From Nitrospirota bacterium (GTDB lineage: Bacteria; Nitrospirota; UBA9217), in the NCBI GenBank assembly GCA_963840455.1, contig CAWIYV010000001.1, forward strand, positions 160,001 through 224,000: a stretch of DNA of 64,000 bases. The letters run 5' to 3'. Every line of letters begins with the position of its first letter. Within the stretch, counting starts at the first letter, position 1. The notes under the pieces were generated by a model. That model was not told the origin of the DNA. It ran no database searches and saw nothing but the letters and a program-made list of their open reading frames with translations. Below, one piece after another: positions 18,682-28,888 of this stretch. Position numbers and translations under genes: made by a program.

Positions 18682-20258
18682 TTATTTGTTCAATTGTATT
18701 TTTTTGGTTCGGACAAAATCCAGGTCCGTCGAGAACAGGTCGCGGATGTCCTTAATGCCCAGCGCGATCATGGCCATCCGGTCCAGACCCAATCCCCAGG
18801 CGATCACCGGGACATCAACGCCGAGGGGCAGCGTCACTTCAGGCCGGAAGAGGCCCGCGCCGCCCAGCTCCATCCACCCGAGCTCGGGATGCTTCACGTG
18901 AAGCTCGACCGACGGCTCGGTGAAGGGGAAATAGGCCGGTCGGAACTGGAACTCCTTCGCCTTGGCGATCTCCTGTCCGAAGAGCTTGAGCAATCCCAGC
19001 AGAATCCGAAAATTGATATCTGTTCCCAGCACGATCCCTTCCACCTGGTTGAAGTCCGGTGCATGGGTCGCGTCGACCGCATCGTACCGGAAACAGCGTG
19101 CGATGGAGAAGTACTTGCCCGGCACCTTCGGGCCGGATGCGAGCGTCCGCGCGGAAACAGCCGTACCCTGGCTCCGCAGGATCAGGCGCTTGGCGCGCTC
19201 TATATCGAAAGCGTAGCGCCAGCCGCTGGAGCCGGTCTTTCCGCCGTCCTTGTGCGCGCTAGCGACCTGTTTTCCGAAAGGCGCCTCGATCTCCTTGCAC
19301 GACGACGGCTCCTTCACAAAGTAGACATCGTGGATGTTCCGGGCCGGATGGAACTGGGGCATGAACAGCGCGTCCATGTCCCAGAACTCGTTCTCCACCA
19401 GGGGGCCGCGCATCTCCTCGAAGCCCATGCTGACGAACTGATACTTGACGAAGTCGAGGAACTCGCGGTAGGGATGCTTCCTGCCGATGCTGGCGCGCGG
19501 CGGACTGAGTGAGATGTTGTAAGCGCGGAACCGGACGTTCTTCCAGCTCCCCTGCTTCAACATCTCCGGCGTAAGGGCTGACGCCTCTTCGGTCACCGCG
19601 CCCCGCACTTGCACGAGATGCAGGGCCTCTTTGCCGTCTGCAGTGAGGCTGTAGATGCGGTCCTTCTTCTCGGTGATGCGGAAGATGCCCTTCCCCTTGC
19701 CGCGTTTATGGAAGTTGTCCTTTATGACCGTTTGTTTCTGTTCCGGGGAATGTTGAGAGAACGACCGATGCACCTCCTGTTTCATCGGATCACTTCCAGA
19801 AGCAAATCATAGGATGCTGTAGTTCGCCTCAGGATTCAGCTCGAAAACACCCCCCTGGACTATCCGAATAACATTGTTCGACTTTCAGCGAGCCCGATTG
19901 CAGAGCTCACCTCCGACGGATCGATGCCCCATGAACTGGATGATATCCTTTGACCGTGAACTTTTTACCCTCACGCAGCGCTGCGATGATTCGCTGTTTC
20001 CGGTGTACCCTTATCCTTGTACTCAGTACCGGTCTCGGTCAGGGAGACTTCGGTTACGGTGACCGTCTCTCCGGTCACGGCGAGCAGCCCCTTGGAGGTC
20101 AGCCATCCGGCGGCCATGTCCAGGCGCGACTCGTCAAGGCCTGAGACGGCCATGATGCCGGAAGCCGAAAGGCTCTCCGACCGCGAGAAGCTCAGGAGGA
20201 GCTTGTTCTCGAGAGGATGGAAGCTTGAGATGAGCTTGTTCAGTTCCGATGGTGTCAT
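18682..20258 (-). CDS. pheS: phenylalanyl-tRNA synthetase alpha subunit, archaeal type; apparent frameshifts at ~19790-20000 (likely sequence errors)
   Basis: C-terminal ORF has FMPQFHPAR, CFR, YFPFTEPS, GAGLFRPE and WGLG. N-terminal ORF 19971-20258 has HPLE...LTETG...GTPE of the archaeal N-terminal domains. The gap reads through if single extra bases are removed. Confidence 0.88.
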
Positions 20259-20314
20259 AGAAAAAAGACGCTCTATGCCTTGTCCTAAACGAGTGAAAAC
20301 GGCACGAGCAGCAA

Positions 20315-20428
20315 TTGAAGTTCCCCGCAGCAGCTGCAGGGAATCTCGATCCTCAGGGAATAAAGTTTATTCTAATCGCTCGCTAACCCCGCAGAAAGCC
20401 GCGGGGAATGCGCTCGTTCCTGGATTCA
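20315..20428 (-). mobile_element. ~116-bp double-hairpin repeat, copy 3
   Basis: Same element with two 1-nt deletions, upstream of pheS. Confidence 0.72.
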
Positions 20429-20513
20429 CGTGGGGCTAAGATTACTGATAATACAGGGGTTTGTCAAGGGAAAAGCCGTTGACTGAGGCGCCCTTCTGTG
20501 TTACTGTTCCGTC

Positions 20514-20924
20514 ATGGCGACCAACAAGATACGACCAAGGCTGGTGCACACCATTGTGTGCGACGATGTGCGTCAGGAAACGGGCGGGAAGTTCAGCCTT
20601 ATGGGTTTGTTCGAGACCATCTCGGCCGGGATATTCCCCGCCCTCCACCCGCGCTTCGCGATCATAAACGAATGGTCGGGCGGTCGGGGAGAGTTCCTGG
20701 CGAAGATCAAGCTCCTTGCGCCTGACCGGAGAACGGTCTTGTCCGAGTCGGAGGCGAAATTTACGCTCTTCAATGACACACAGCGGCACCGGGACATCTC
20801 GATCCGCTTCAACACTTCTTTCCCGGCGCCCGGGACCTACTGGCTTGAGATGCTGCTGGACAACGACCAGGTCGCCATGGTCCCCCTTCCCGTAGAGCAG
20901 GTGAGCCAGCAGACGGTGCATTAA
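20514..20924 (+). CDS. conserved hypothetical beta-sandwich protein (DUF6941-like)
   Basis: CDDVRQE.GGKFSLMGLF and F..PGTY motifs; TTGACT-17-TACTGT promoter directly upstream. Confidence 0.7.
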   Translation: MATNKIRPRLVHTIVCDDVRQETGGKFSLMGLFETISAGIFPALHPRFAIINEWSGGRGEFLAKIKLLAPDRRTVLSESEAKFTLFNDTQRHRDISIRFNTSFPAPGTYWLEMLLDNDQVAMVPLPVEQVSQQTVH

Positions 20925-21015
20925 TGCCAGGTAGAACAATAAGGTGGATGGGATAAGGTTCTTCCCCTTGTTCGTTTTACCTTCTTCCTTTTACCTTTCA
21001 CCGTCTACCGTTTTT

Positions 21016-21714
21016 TCACTCCGTCGTGATGAACCCGTCGATCCCTTCCTTGCTCTTCAGCTCCTTTGCCAGCTTTTCCGCTGACTGCCTGTTCGCAAAG
21101 CTCCCTACACGTACGCGGTACCACTTTCCCTTTTCCGGGATCTCGCTGGCCACGAGGAACGCGGCGTAACCGCGTTTCTTCATGTTCTTTGTTTCCTCCT
21201 CAGCCATGGCCTTGTCGGGATAGGACCCCACCTGGATCGTATACCGGACCTTCGACGGCGGCGTCTGCTTCGCGACCGCAGATTCCTTCGGAGCAGGAGC
21301 CGGCGGGCGCTGTGCCTTGGCCGTCTGCTGGACCGCCGGTTTGGCTGCGGTCTTCTCGGCCCTTGCCTCGGGGGCTTTTGCCGTTTCCTGCTGCTTCGGC
21401 TTCGTTTCGGCGGCAGGAACGGCATTCTCCTTTTTCGAAGGAGCGGCCTCCTCCGGTCTCTGCTTCGGCTTCAGGTCGATGGATACCGTCTTTTCACCTT
21501 TTTCGGTCAGCGTCTTGTAGAAGGTAAACTCCTCCTTCTTGGGCAAATACTGCGAGACTACCTCGGGGAGGGCAGCCGGTTTCTCGTTCGATGCCGTCTT
21601 TTTGCCCTGGTCCCGCCCCATGTAGTAACCCAGGGAGAAGACGCCGATGATCACCACAACGCCCACCGGGATGATGAATATCTTTGATATGATGCCGCCC
21701 CGTTGATCAAGCAT
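21016..21714 (-). CDS. SPOR-domain cell division protein (FtsN/DedD-like)
   Basis: N-terminal TM helix, FTFYKTL, Pro/Ala/Lys linker, YTIQVGSY...WYRVRVGSF. Start ATG 21714. Confidence 0.88.
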   Translation of the reverse strand: MLDQRGGIISKIFIIPVGVVVIIGVFSLGYYMGRDQGKKTASNEKPAALPEVVSQYLPKKEEFTFYKTLTEKGEKTVSIDLKPKQRPEEAAPSKKENAVPAAETKPKQQETAKAPEARAEKTAAKPAVQQTAKAQRPPAPAPKESAVAKQTPPSKVRYTIQVGSYPDKAMAEEETKNMKKRGYAAFLVASEIPEKGKWYRVRVGSFANRQSAEKLAKELKSKEGIDGFITTE

Positions 21715-21755
21715 TACGGACTCCGTTCGAATGGAAAGCTGCACGACAGAGATAG

Positions 21756-22799
21756 CTACAGAATGAGCATCGCATCGCCATAGCTGAAGAACCGGTAACG
21801 TTGCCTGACGGCCTCGCGGTACGCGGTCAGGACATTCTCCCTCCCCGCGAACGCGGCGACAAGCATGAGCAGCGTCGACTTCGGCAGATGGAAGTTCGTG
21901 ACCATGCCATTCACGACGTTGAAACGGTACCCTGGCGTAATGAACAGTTCCGAGGAACCCGCGCCGCCATGGACCTTCCCGTCGGTCCGTGCCGCGGTCT
22001 CCAGCGCTCGCACACTGGTAGTGCCCACCGCTATGATCCGCCGCCCTTCCGATCTTGCCCGGTTGACCTGTTCGGCCGTACCCGCCGGGATATCGTATCG
22101 CTCGGCATGCATCCGGTGTCTCGCGATGTCCTCGGTCCGCACGGGTTGGAACGTTCCCGGCCCCACATGGAGGGTAACCATGGCCGTACCGATCCCCCGG
22201 TCTCGCATCCACTGGAGGAGTTCACCCGTAAAATGCAGCCCCGCCGTCGGCGCAGCCACAGCACCTTCCCTGCTCGCGTATACGGTCTGGTACCGATCAC
22301 GGTCTTCGGCAACGGGTTCACGCTTGATGTACGGCGGGAGCGGCGTCCTGCCCAGGTCGTCGAGCCTCGCCCTGATGTCCGTTACCCCATGGAAGCGCAC
22401 GAGCCGGATGCCGTCTCCTGCCTCAGATAACACTTCTGCCTCGATGTCTGGCGCGACGAAAACCGTCTTCCCGGCGTCAACCCCGCCCTTGACCAGGGCT
22501 TGCCAAAGGTTGATCGCCTTTTCCTCGATCAGGAACAACTCGGCCTTGCCGCCTCCCGCCTTCCGGGCCTGCAACCGGCAGGGGAAGACCTTCGTATCGT
22601 TCAGGACAAGGAGGTCACCCGGAACAAGATATGCTCCAAAATCCGAGAACACCCGGTGAACAACGGCTCCGGTCTGACGGTCCAGGACCAGGAGCCGGGA
22701 CCGGTCGCGGTCCTCCGCTGGCGCCTGGGCGATGAGCTCTTCGGGGAGGTCAAAATCGAAATCAGACAGACGGAGATGTTCCGATACCGGTGACGTCAT
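21756..22799 (-). CDS. queA: S-adenosylmethionine:tRNA ribosyltransferase-isomerase
   Basis: LSDFDFDLPEELIAQ, PLPPYI, AAPTAGLHF, FFSYGDAM. Confidence 0.97.
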   Translation of the reverse strand: MTSPVSEHLRLSDFDFDLPEELIAQAPAEDRDRSRLLVLDRQTGAVVHRVFSDFGAYLVPGDLLVLNDTKVFPCRLQARKAGGGKAELFLIEEKAINLWQALVKGGVDAGKTVFVAPDIEAEVLSEAGDGIRLVRFHGVTDIRARLDDLGRTPLPPYIKREPVAEDRDRYQTVYASREGAVAAPTAGLHFTGELLQWMRDRGIGTAMVTLHVGPGTFQPVRTEDIARHRMHAERYDIPAGTAEQVNRARSEGRRIIAVGTTSVRALETAARTDGKVHGGAGSSELFITPGYRFNVVNGMVTNFHLPKSTLLMLVAAFAGRENVLTAYREAVRQRYRFFSYGDAMLIL

Positions 22800-22922
22800 G
22801 GCGAATAGTACCACAACATACCGGTGTGATAAAGAGAAATCATTTTTCCAGAACAGGATCCGTGAAAAAGGCGCTGAGAGCAACAGGAGCAGTGACAAAG
22901 AGGAAAAGCTGTTCGGAAGGGA

Positions 22923-24050
22923 TCACTCCAGCGACCGTCTCCAGCCCCGTTCGAAATCCGCATAGGAGACAAGAAGAGCGTTGTCGATCGAAGTAGCGGT
23001 ATCGGCGCCGTTCGACAGTTCCTCCAGCACCATCTTGATCCGGTACATGCCGAAATGGTCGGCCATGTGGCGCACGACGGAAAGGCTGACCAGGTACGCG
23101 TAGGCCGCCTGGGGACCGGTCAGCCCCATGAACGAACCCTCAAGTGCCGCGAGGTCCGGAAGCTTACCCGCCTGCGCATGCTGACGGAGCATTTCCTTCT
23201 GGCGGGAACCGATCTCCCTCCCCTCGAAATACTGCGCGAGCCCTTCGTTGAGCCAGGTGGGAACACGCCGGGTGATGGTACGGACCGCTGCATGAGTGTA
23301 TTCATGGACCAGCAGCTTCCGGAGTCCCGGCGTTTCCTGCTCGATGCCGCCGATAGGGATGCGGATCTTGCCGTCGTAGATGCCGCCGCTCCAGCCGGGA
23401 GCATCGGTCACCTCCTGGAACTGCTGGTTCGTGTAGAGGATAACGGCGATCTCCTGGTCCGGGTAGTACGATAGGGCCCGGCCAACCTCACCGTAAGCAT
23501 CCTCGAGGATCCGGAGGACGATCCTGCCTGCCTCGATCTTCTCCCTTCCCTCATACTTGATGGAGAAATGGCTTGTGACGTCCCGGTTGAAGTCCTTCTC
23601 CGTCCGGTGCTCCCGGCGGATCCGCTCCAGCCGCGAATTGAGTGCTGCATCGGACGGGTCGATCTCGAGCGCCTTTTCCCAGTTGGCCACGGCGGCGCCG
23701 AGATCGTCCCTCCGGTATGCCAGGTCGCCGAGCACCTGATAGGCGGTCTTGTCGCGGGGCTTGAGCTCGATGGCGCGCTCGAGCTCCCGTTCCGCTGCCC
23801 GGTCGTCCTTGAGATGGAAATTGGCTATTCCCAGTCCGAGATGCGCTGCCGAATCAGTATCGACGTACCGAAGCGCTTCCTCGAAGGCGTCGCGCGCTCC
23901 TCGATGGTCGCCCTGCTGGAGACGCGCCAAGCCTGCCGCGACCAGCCGCCGGTAGGTGTTTATCTCCGCGGACTGCGCATGTGCAAAGGATACCCAGGAG
24001 AGAAGGAGCGATCCGATAAGAATTGCAGGCCGTAGGTAGTGTTTAAACAT
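22923..24050 (-). CDS. exported TPR-repeat protein with gluzincin (Peptidase MA-like) domain
   Basis: Signal peptide, TPR-like repeats, HEYTH...WLNEGLA. Confidence 0.85.
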   Translation of the reverse strand: MFKHYLRPAILIGSLLLSWVSFAHAQSAEINTYRRLVAAGLARLQQGDHRGARDAFEEALRYVDTDSAAHLGLGIANFHLKDDRAAERELERAIELKPRDKTAYQVLGDLAYRRDDLGAAVANWEKALEIDPSDAALNSRLERIRREHRTEKDFNRDVTSHFSIKYEGREKIEAGRIVLRILEDAYGEVGRALSYYPDQEIAVILYTNQQFQEVTDAPGWSGGIYDGKIRIPIGGIEQETPGLRKLLVHEYTHAAVRTITRRVPTWLNEGLAQYFEGREIGSRQKEMLRQHAQAGKLPDLAALEGSFMGLTGPQAAYAYLVSLSVVRHMADHFGMYRIKMVLEELSNGADTATSIDNALLVSYADFERGWRRSLE

Positions 24051-24089
24051 TTTTTCGCTGAAGGCTGGAGGTTATTCCTGGTTCCTGAC

Positions 24090-24494
24090 CTAATCCTTCA
24101 TCACCTTCACGAATACCCTGCGGTCCCGTGGTCCGTCGAACTCGCAGTAGAAAATGGCCTGCCAGGTCCCGAGCGCAAGCCTGCCCTCCTCGACCATGAC
24201 CGCCTTGGACACCCCCACGATGGTGGACTTGATGTGGGCAGCAGAATTGCCTTCGTTATGGCTGTACTGGTCGTCGAAAGGGATCACCTTGTTCAGTTCC
24301 TTAAGGATGTCCCGCCCCACATTGGGGTCCGTGTTCTCGTTGACGGTGATGCCCGAGGTCGTGTGCGGCACATAGACGTAGCAAATACCGGAGCGGATGC
24401 CGCTTTCGGTAACGAGCCGCTGAATGCCCTGGGTGATATCGACCAGTTCGGTCCTCGATTTGGTCTGCACGCGCAACTGTCTGATCATGAGCAT
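24090..24494 (-). CDS. YjbQ/UPF0047 family protein
   Basis: PHTT, H..GN..AHIK, LGTWQ...EFDG. Confidence 0.92.
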   Translation of the reverse strand: MLMIRQLRVQTKSRTELVDITQGIQRLVTESGIRSGICYVYVPHTTSGITVNENTDPNVGRDILKELNKVIPFDDQYSHNEGNSAAHIKSTIVGVSKAVMVEEGRLALGTWQAIFYCEFDGPRDRRVFVKVMKD

Positions 24495-24566
24495 CTCTCC
24501 GCAATGGTTGCATTAAGGGTAAGATCCTGACTCCCGACCCCTGCTAACGGTCTCCCGGCTTGTTTC

Positions 24567-26207
24567 CTATCCTCCTACGACAAACGATTCTTCCCTGCCG
24601 CGGCTCCTCACATCCTCGAAGATGGGATAGACGATGTGGGTGATGAGCGAGTTGATGCGGGCATAATTCCCGATCGTGTCCAGATGGATGTGGCTGGTCT
24701 CCATGGATTCCCGGAGCCCCTTGCGCAACCGCTCCAGGTGCGCCTGGACCAGCTCCCGTTCCAGCTCCTCCAGTTCTTCCTTGTTCCGGAGCACCCGCCT
24801 GCCGAGATCGCGGTCATTGCCGGTGAACGCGGAAAGGGACATATCGAAGTTCTCCACGAGCTTCTTGTGGTAGCCGATGATCTCGTTCATGCCCTCCTCG
24901 GAGAACATGAGACCTTTCGTGATGCGTTTGGTCGCCAGGGGCATGATGTTGCGGTCGATGATGTCGCCGACGCTTTCCAGGTCGCGGCTCGCTTCGAGGA
25001 GTCCCACGGCGCGCCGGGAATGGATCTCGGTCAGGGTCGATGACGACAGGCGGGTGAGGTACAGCCTGATCTGCCGGTCCAGCATGTCCACAAGGTTGTC
25101 CTTGTCCCGGATGGCGGCGATGAGCCCCGGATCGTCAACCTGGAAGACCTTGATGGAGTCGATGAGCATCTCGCGGACGATATCGGATTCTCGGAGCGTC
25201 TCGCGCGTCGCCTGGCCCAGCGCCAGGGACGGCGTTCCGAGTACATGGTCATCGAGGTACTTGGGGCCGAACTTCTTCTCTTCCGGCGACTCCGGGACCA
25301 GTTTGACCAGCAGCTTCGAGAACAGCCCGAGGAACGGGAGGAAGCATACTGCCATGATGACATTGAACAGGGTATGGGCGTTCGCGATCTGCCGTGTAAG
25401 CTCGGTCCCCGTACCGGCGACCAGGTGTTCGAAGAGCGGCAGGAAGGGCAGCATGAGCAGGACGCCAAGCAACTTGAAAATGGTGTGGGCCCAGGCCACG
25501 CGGCGCGCTTCCGCAGGAGCGCGCATGCTCGCCATGAGCGCCGTGGAGCACGTGCCGATGTTGGCCCCGAGAACGATGTGAATGGCCCCGTCGAGCGGGA
25601 TCAGCCCGTGCACGGCAAGGGCAAGGGCGATCCCGATGGTGGCCGCGCTGCTGTGGATCAGCGCCGTGAAGGCCGCTGATATAAGGATGCCCGTGAACGG
25701 CGCACCCACGAGCGCTACGAGCACCTCCTTGAAGAGAGCGCTCTCCTGCAGGGGGGCCAGGGCCTCAGACATGATGCGGATGGCCATAAACACGAAGCCG
25801 AAGCCCAGCAATCCGTTCCCGATGGTCTTCAGGTGATGGCGCTTTGCGAAGAAGAGGATGCACAGGCCGAGGCCGATGAGAAGGACCGCGTAGTCGGCGA
25901 CGTGGAACGCGATGAGCTGGACCGTGAGCGTGGCGCCGATGTCGGCCCCCAGGATCACGGCCAGGGTCTGACGGAAGCTCATCAGGCCGGCACTCACGAA
26001 TCCGACGAGCATGACCGACGTTGCGCTGCTGGACTGAATGAGACCGGTGATGAACGCCCCTGCCCCGACAGCGGTCAGCCGGTTGCTCGTGAGCGACCTC
26101 AGGAGGAAGCGGATGCGGGGGCCCGCGGCGTTCTGGAGGCCGTCGTTCACCAGCTTGATGCCGTACAGGAGCAGCAGCACGCCACCGAAGAGGTTCAGAT
26201 AGATCAT
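24567..26207 (-). CDS. Na/Pi cotransporter family protein with PhoU domains
   Basis: QSSSAT and HSSAAT repeats, GADIG/GANIGT, C-terminal PhoU-like helices. Confidence 0.93.
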   Translation of the reverse strand: MIYLNLFGGVLLLLYGIKLVNDGLQNAAGPRIRFLLRSLTSNRLTAVGAGAFITGLIQSSSATSVMLVGFVSAGLMSFRQTLAVILGADIGATLTVQLIAFHVADYAVLLIGLGLCILFFAKRHHLKTIGNGLLGFGFVFMAIRIMSEALAPLQESALFKEVLVALVGAPFTGILISAAFTALIHSSAATIGIALALAVHGLIPLDGAIHIVLGANIGTCSTALMASMRAPAEARRVAWAHTIFKLLGVLLMLPFLPLFEHLVAGTGTELTRQIANAHTLFNVIMAVCFLPFLGLFSKLLVKLVPESPEEKKFGPKYLDDHVLGTPSLALGQATRETLRESDIVREMLIDSIKVFQVDDPGLIAAIRDKDNLVDMLDRQIRLYLTRLSSSTLTEIHSRRAVGLLEASRDLESVGDIIDRNIMPLATKRITKGLMFSEEGMNEIIGYHKKLVENFDMSLSAFTGNDRDLGRRVLRNKEELEELERELVQAHLERLRKGLRESMETSHIHLDTIGNYARINSLITHIVYPIFEDVRSRGREESFVVGG

Positions 26208-26258
26208 AGGCCTATACTATATCCGCATTTCTCTGTTTCCGTCAAATGGAAACTTGTC

Positions 26259-28880
26259 TTACCGCCTGCCGATGACCCGTTTGACATATGCGACCTCGTC
26301 CTCTTTCGTGGCAACAGCGCCGTCCAGTTTTGCGTCGAGCAAGCCGGCGAGGATCTTTTTGTACCGCGGGCCGGGCGGGAGCCCCATCCTCTTCAGGTCA
26401 TCACCCGTGAGCGACACGTTCACGTTCCGCAGCCGGGTCAGATAGAGCGAGATATACCGCTTGGCAGGCTCCTTCCGAGCCTTCGCCATCATCACGAGGA
26501 CCTGCTCGATGTCCAGGGGATGGAGCAGGTCATAGACCCGGCTCGCCGGGAGCCGCGCGTCGCGGTAAAACTCGAACAGGATGTCACGGCAATGCAGGCG
26601 CGACGCCATGACGCGCTTCCGGACGCGCGGGGGGACGGCCAGTCTCTCCAGCGCCTCCTGAGCCGCTTCGTCCTTCAGCCGGTCAAGAAGGCCCAGGAAA
26701 TAGACGAACCATCGTTCCACCGGCACCTCGAGGTACAGCAGACGGTACCAGGTGAGCGTCTCACTGATGCCGGCGAAGAGCCGCTCCAACTCGGCGCCGA
26801 ACCGCAGGTTCGGGTGAAGGAACTTCAGCAGATCGAGCTCCTCCATGCGCCGGAGGACCTTCAGGGGGTCCAGCTCGGAGAACATGAGGACCAGTTCGTC
26901 ATAGATCCGCTCCCCGGACAGTTTGTTGAACAGCTTCAGGTTGACGGCGCTCCTGATCAGGTTCCGCGTGTGCTTGCCGATCGGGAAGTCGAAGCGTTGT
27001 TCGAAGCGAATGGCCCGGAACACGCGCGTCGGGTCCTCGACGAAGGAAAGGTTGTGCAGGATGCGGATGGTCCGCTCCTTGATATCCCGTAGTCCGCCGA
27101 AGAAATCGATCAGCTCGCCGTAGCGGTCCCGGTTCAGGCGGACCGCCAGGGTGTTGATGGTGAAATCGCGGCGGTAGAGGTCCTTCTTGATGGAGGAAAG
27201 CTCCACGGTCGGGAGGGCTGCGGGGGTCTCGTAATATTCGAGCCGCGCCGTGGCGATGTCGAGCTTGACGCCGCCGGGCAGCACCACGACCGCGGTCCCG
27301 AACTTCTGGTGGGTCCTCATCCGGCCGCCGAGCTTCCGGACGATCATGCCCGCGAAGACGATGCCGTCCCCTTCCACCACGATGTCGACGTCGAGGTTCT
27401 CCATGCGGAGGAACAGATCGCGGACGATGCCGCCCACAAGATACACGGGAAAGCCGGAATCATCGGCGATCTCGCCGACTATCTTCAGGGTCTCGCGCAC
27501 CGCTGCTGGCAAACGTTCCTCGAGCATCCCCCGGACGTTTCGCACCGGTTGCGTCCCCGGCTCCGCGGGAAGACCGGCCGCCCCGAAGCGCTGTTCGTGC
27601 AGCGACCGCAACAGATCCGTCCGCGTGATGGCTCCGACGACCGTGCCGTCTTCGGCGATGACCGGCATGAACCGCTGGCGCTCGCCGATCATCACCTGCT
27701 CCACCCGTGCCATGGGCATGTCGGGAACGGCGACAGGCACGCCGGTGGACATGAACTCATCGACCGTGCGGTTCCCCAGGCCGTGGAACAGGGCCTTCTG
27801 GACGACCTCGCGGGTGATGATACCGAGAAAGCGTGTCCCGTCAAGAACGGGCAGGACATTCACGCTGAACCGCGTCATCCGCTCGTTCGCCTGCTCGATG
27901 GATGTGCGCGTAGGCACGGTCTTGACCGGTGACGTCATGATGTCCGAGGCTGCCCTTCCCGGTACGATGTGACGCTTCAGGATGTCGATGAGCCGCTCCC
28001 GGGTCTCCAGGTAGGTCAGGTCGCGTGCCACGGCGGACGCGGCGGTCAGGTGTCCTCCGCCGCCCAGTGGTTCCAGCACCTTCCCGGCATTGACCTGCGC
28101 AAGCCTCGAACGTCCGATGACATGCGTCTTGTCTCCCATCTGCACCACAAGGAACAGCACATCCAGGCCGTCGCGGTCGCGCATGCGGTGCGCCAGGGCC
28201 GCGAGGTCCGGCACGAAATGGGGCGTGGCAATGGCGGCGACCACCACGGTCACACCGTTGATATCATAGCTCTTCGCGGCGGCTGAGAGCTCGTTCAGGA
28301 CGGCGACCTGCTCGGGGGTCAGGTCCCGCACGATGAAGTCGGCTACGACGTTCAAGTTGGCGCCCTGACCGATGAGGTAGGCGGCGGCCCGGGCGTCGCG
28401 CGCCGTCGTCGAAAGGTAGGTGAGCGCGCCCGTTTCCTCATAGATGCCGAGGGCGAACACCGTTGCTTCGAAGGGCGTGATCGCGATCCCTTTCTGCTGC
28501 AGGAGCTCCACCATCAGTGTCGTCGTTGCTCCGACCTCCTCGATCAGTTCTTGCTCGCCCTTGATGTCCCCGCCGGTGCGCGGATGGTGGTCGTAGAGGT
28601 GGACCGACACGCCCGGCCTGCCCAGCGCGCCGGCGAGCTTCCCCAGTCGGTTCGGGTTCCGGTTGTCGACGATGATGAGCCGTGTGATCTTGTCCACGTC
28701 GATGTTCCGCAGCCGCTCGGTCTCGATGGAGTAGGCGGTCGATTCGAGGAAGAAGTCCCGCATGCTCTTCTCCTGCGAGCCGGCAAAGACCAGCTTGGCA
28801 GCGGGATAGAGCTTCTTCGCCGCAACCATGGATGCCAGGGCATCGAAATCGGCGTTCGTATGACTGGTGATGATCTCCAT
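26259..28880 (-). CDS. DHH-CBS-tRNA nucleotidyltransferase (probable A-adding enzyme)
   Basis: ADFD, YDHH and GGGH (DHH/DHHA1); CBS pair; VGGIVRD, DVD, RRDFTIN and EDPTR (class II NTase). Confidence 0.92.
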   Translation of the reverse strand: MEIITSHTNADFDALASMVAAKKLYPAAKLVFAGSQEKSMRDFFLESTAYSIETERLRNIDVDKITRLIIVDNRNPNRLGKLAGALGRPGVSVHLYDHHPRTGGDIKGEQELIEEVGATTTLMVELLQQKGIAITPFEATVFALGIYEETGALTYLSTTARDARAAAYLIGQGANLNVVADFIVRDLTPEQVAVLNELSAAAKSYDINGVTVVVAAIATPHFVPDLAALAHRMRDRDGLDVLFLVVQMGDKTHVIGRSRLAQVNAGKVLEPLGGGGHLTAASAVARDLTYLETRERLIDILKRHIVPGRAASDIMTSPVKTVPTRTSIEQANERMTRFSVNVLPVLDGTRFLGIITREVVQKALFHGLGNRTVDEFMSTGVPVAVPDMPMARVEQVMIGERQRFMPVIAEDGTVVGAITRTDLLRSLHEQRFGAAGLPAEPGTQPVRNVRGMLEERLPAAVRETLKIVGEIADDSGFPVYLVGGIVRDLFLRMENLDVDIVVEGDGIVFAGMIVRKLGGRMRTHQKFGTAVVVLPGGVKLDIATARLEYYETPAALPTVELSSIKKDLYRRDFTINTLAVRLNRDRYGELIDFFGGLRDIKERTIRILHNLSFVEDPTRVFRAIRFEQRFDFPIGKHTRNLIRSAVNLKLFNKLSGERIYDELVLMFSELDPLKVLRRMEELDLLKFLHPNLRFGAELERLFAGISETLTWYRLLYLEVPVERWFVYFLGLLDRLKDEAAQEALERLAVPPRVRKRVMASRLHCRDILFEFYRDARLPASRVYDLLHPLDIEQVLVMMAKARKEPAKRYISLYLTRLRNVNVSLTGDDLKRMGLPPGPRYKKILAGLLDAKLDGAVATKEDEVAYVKRVIGRR

Positions 28881-28888
28881 AGAGTTAT

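Noticed and set aside
21715-22212. N-terminal extensions in the ORF track (SPOR 398 aa, DUF89 508 aa, pyrF, queA, nfnA, PhoH)
   Set aside because: They overlap upstream genes or promoters; downstream starts fit the family boundaries
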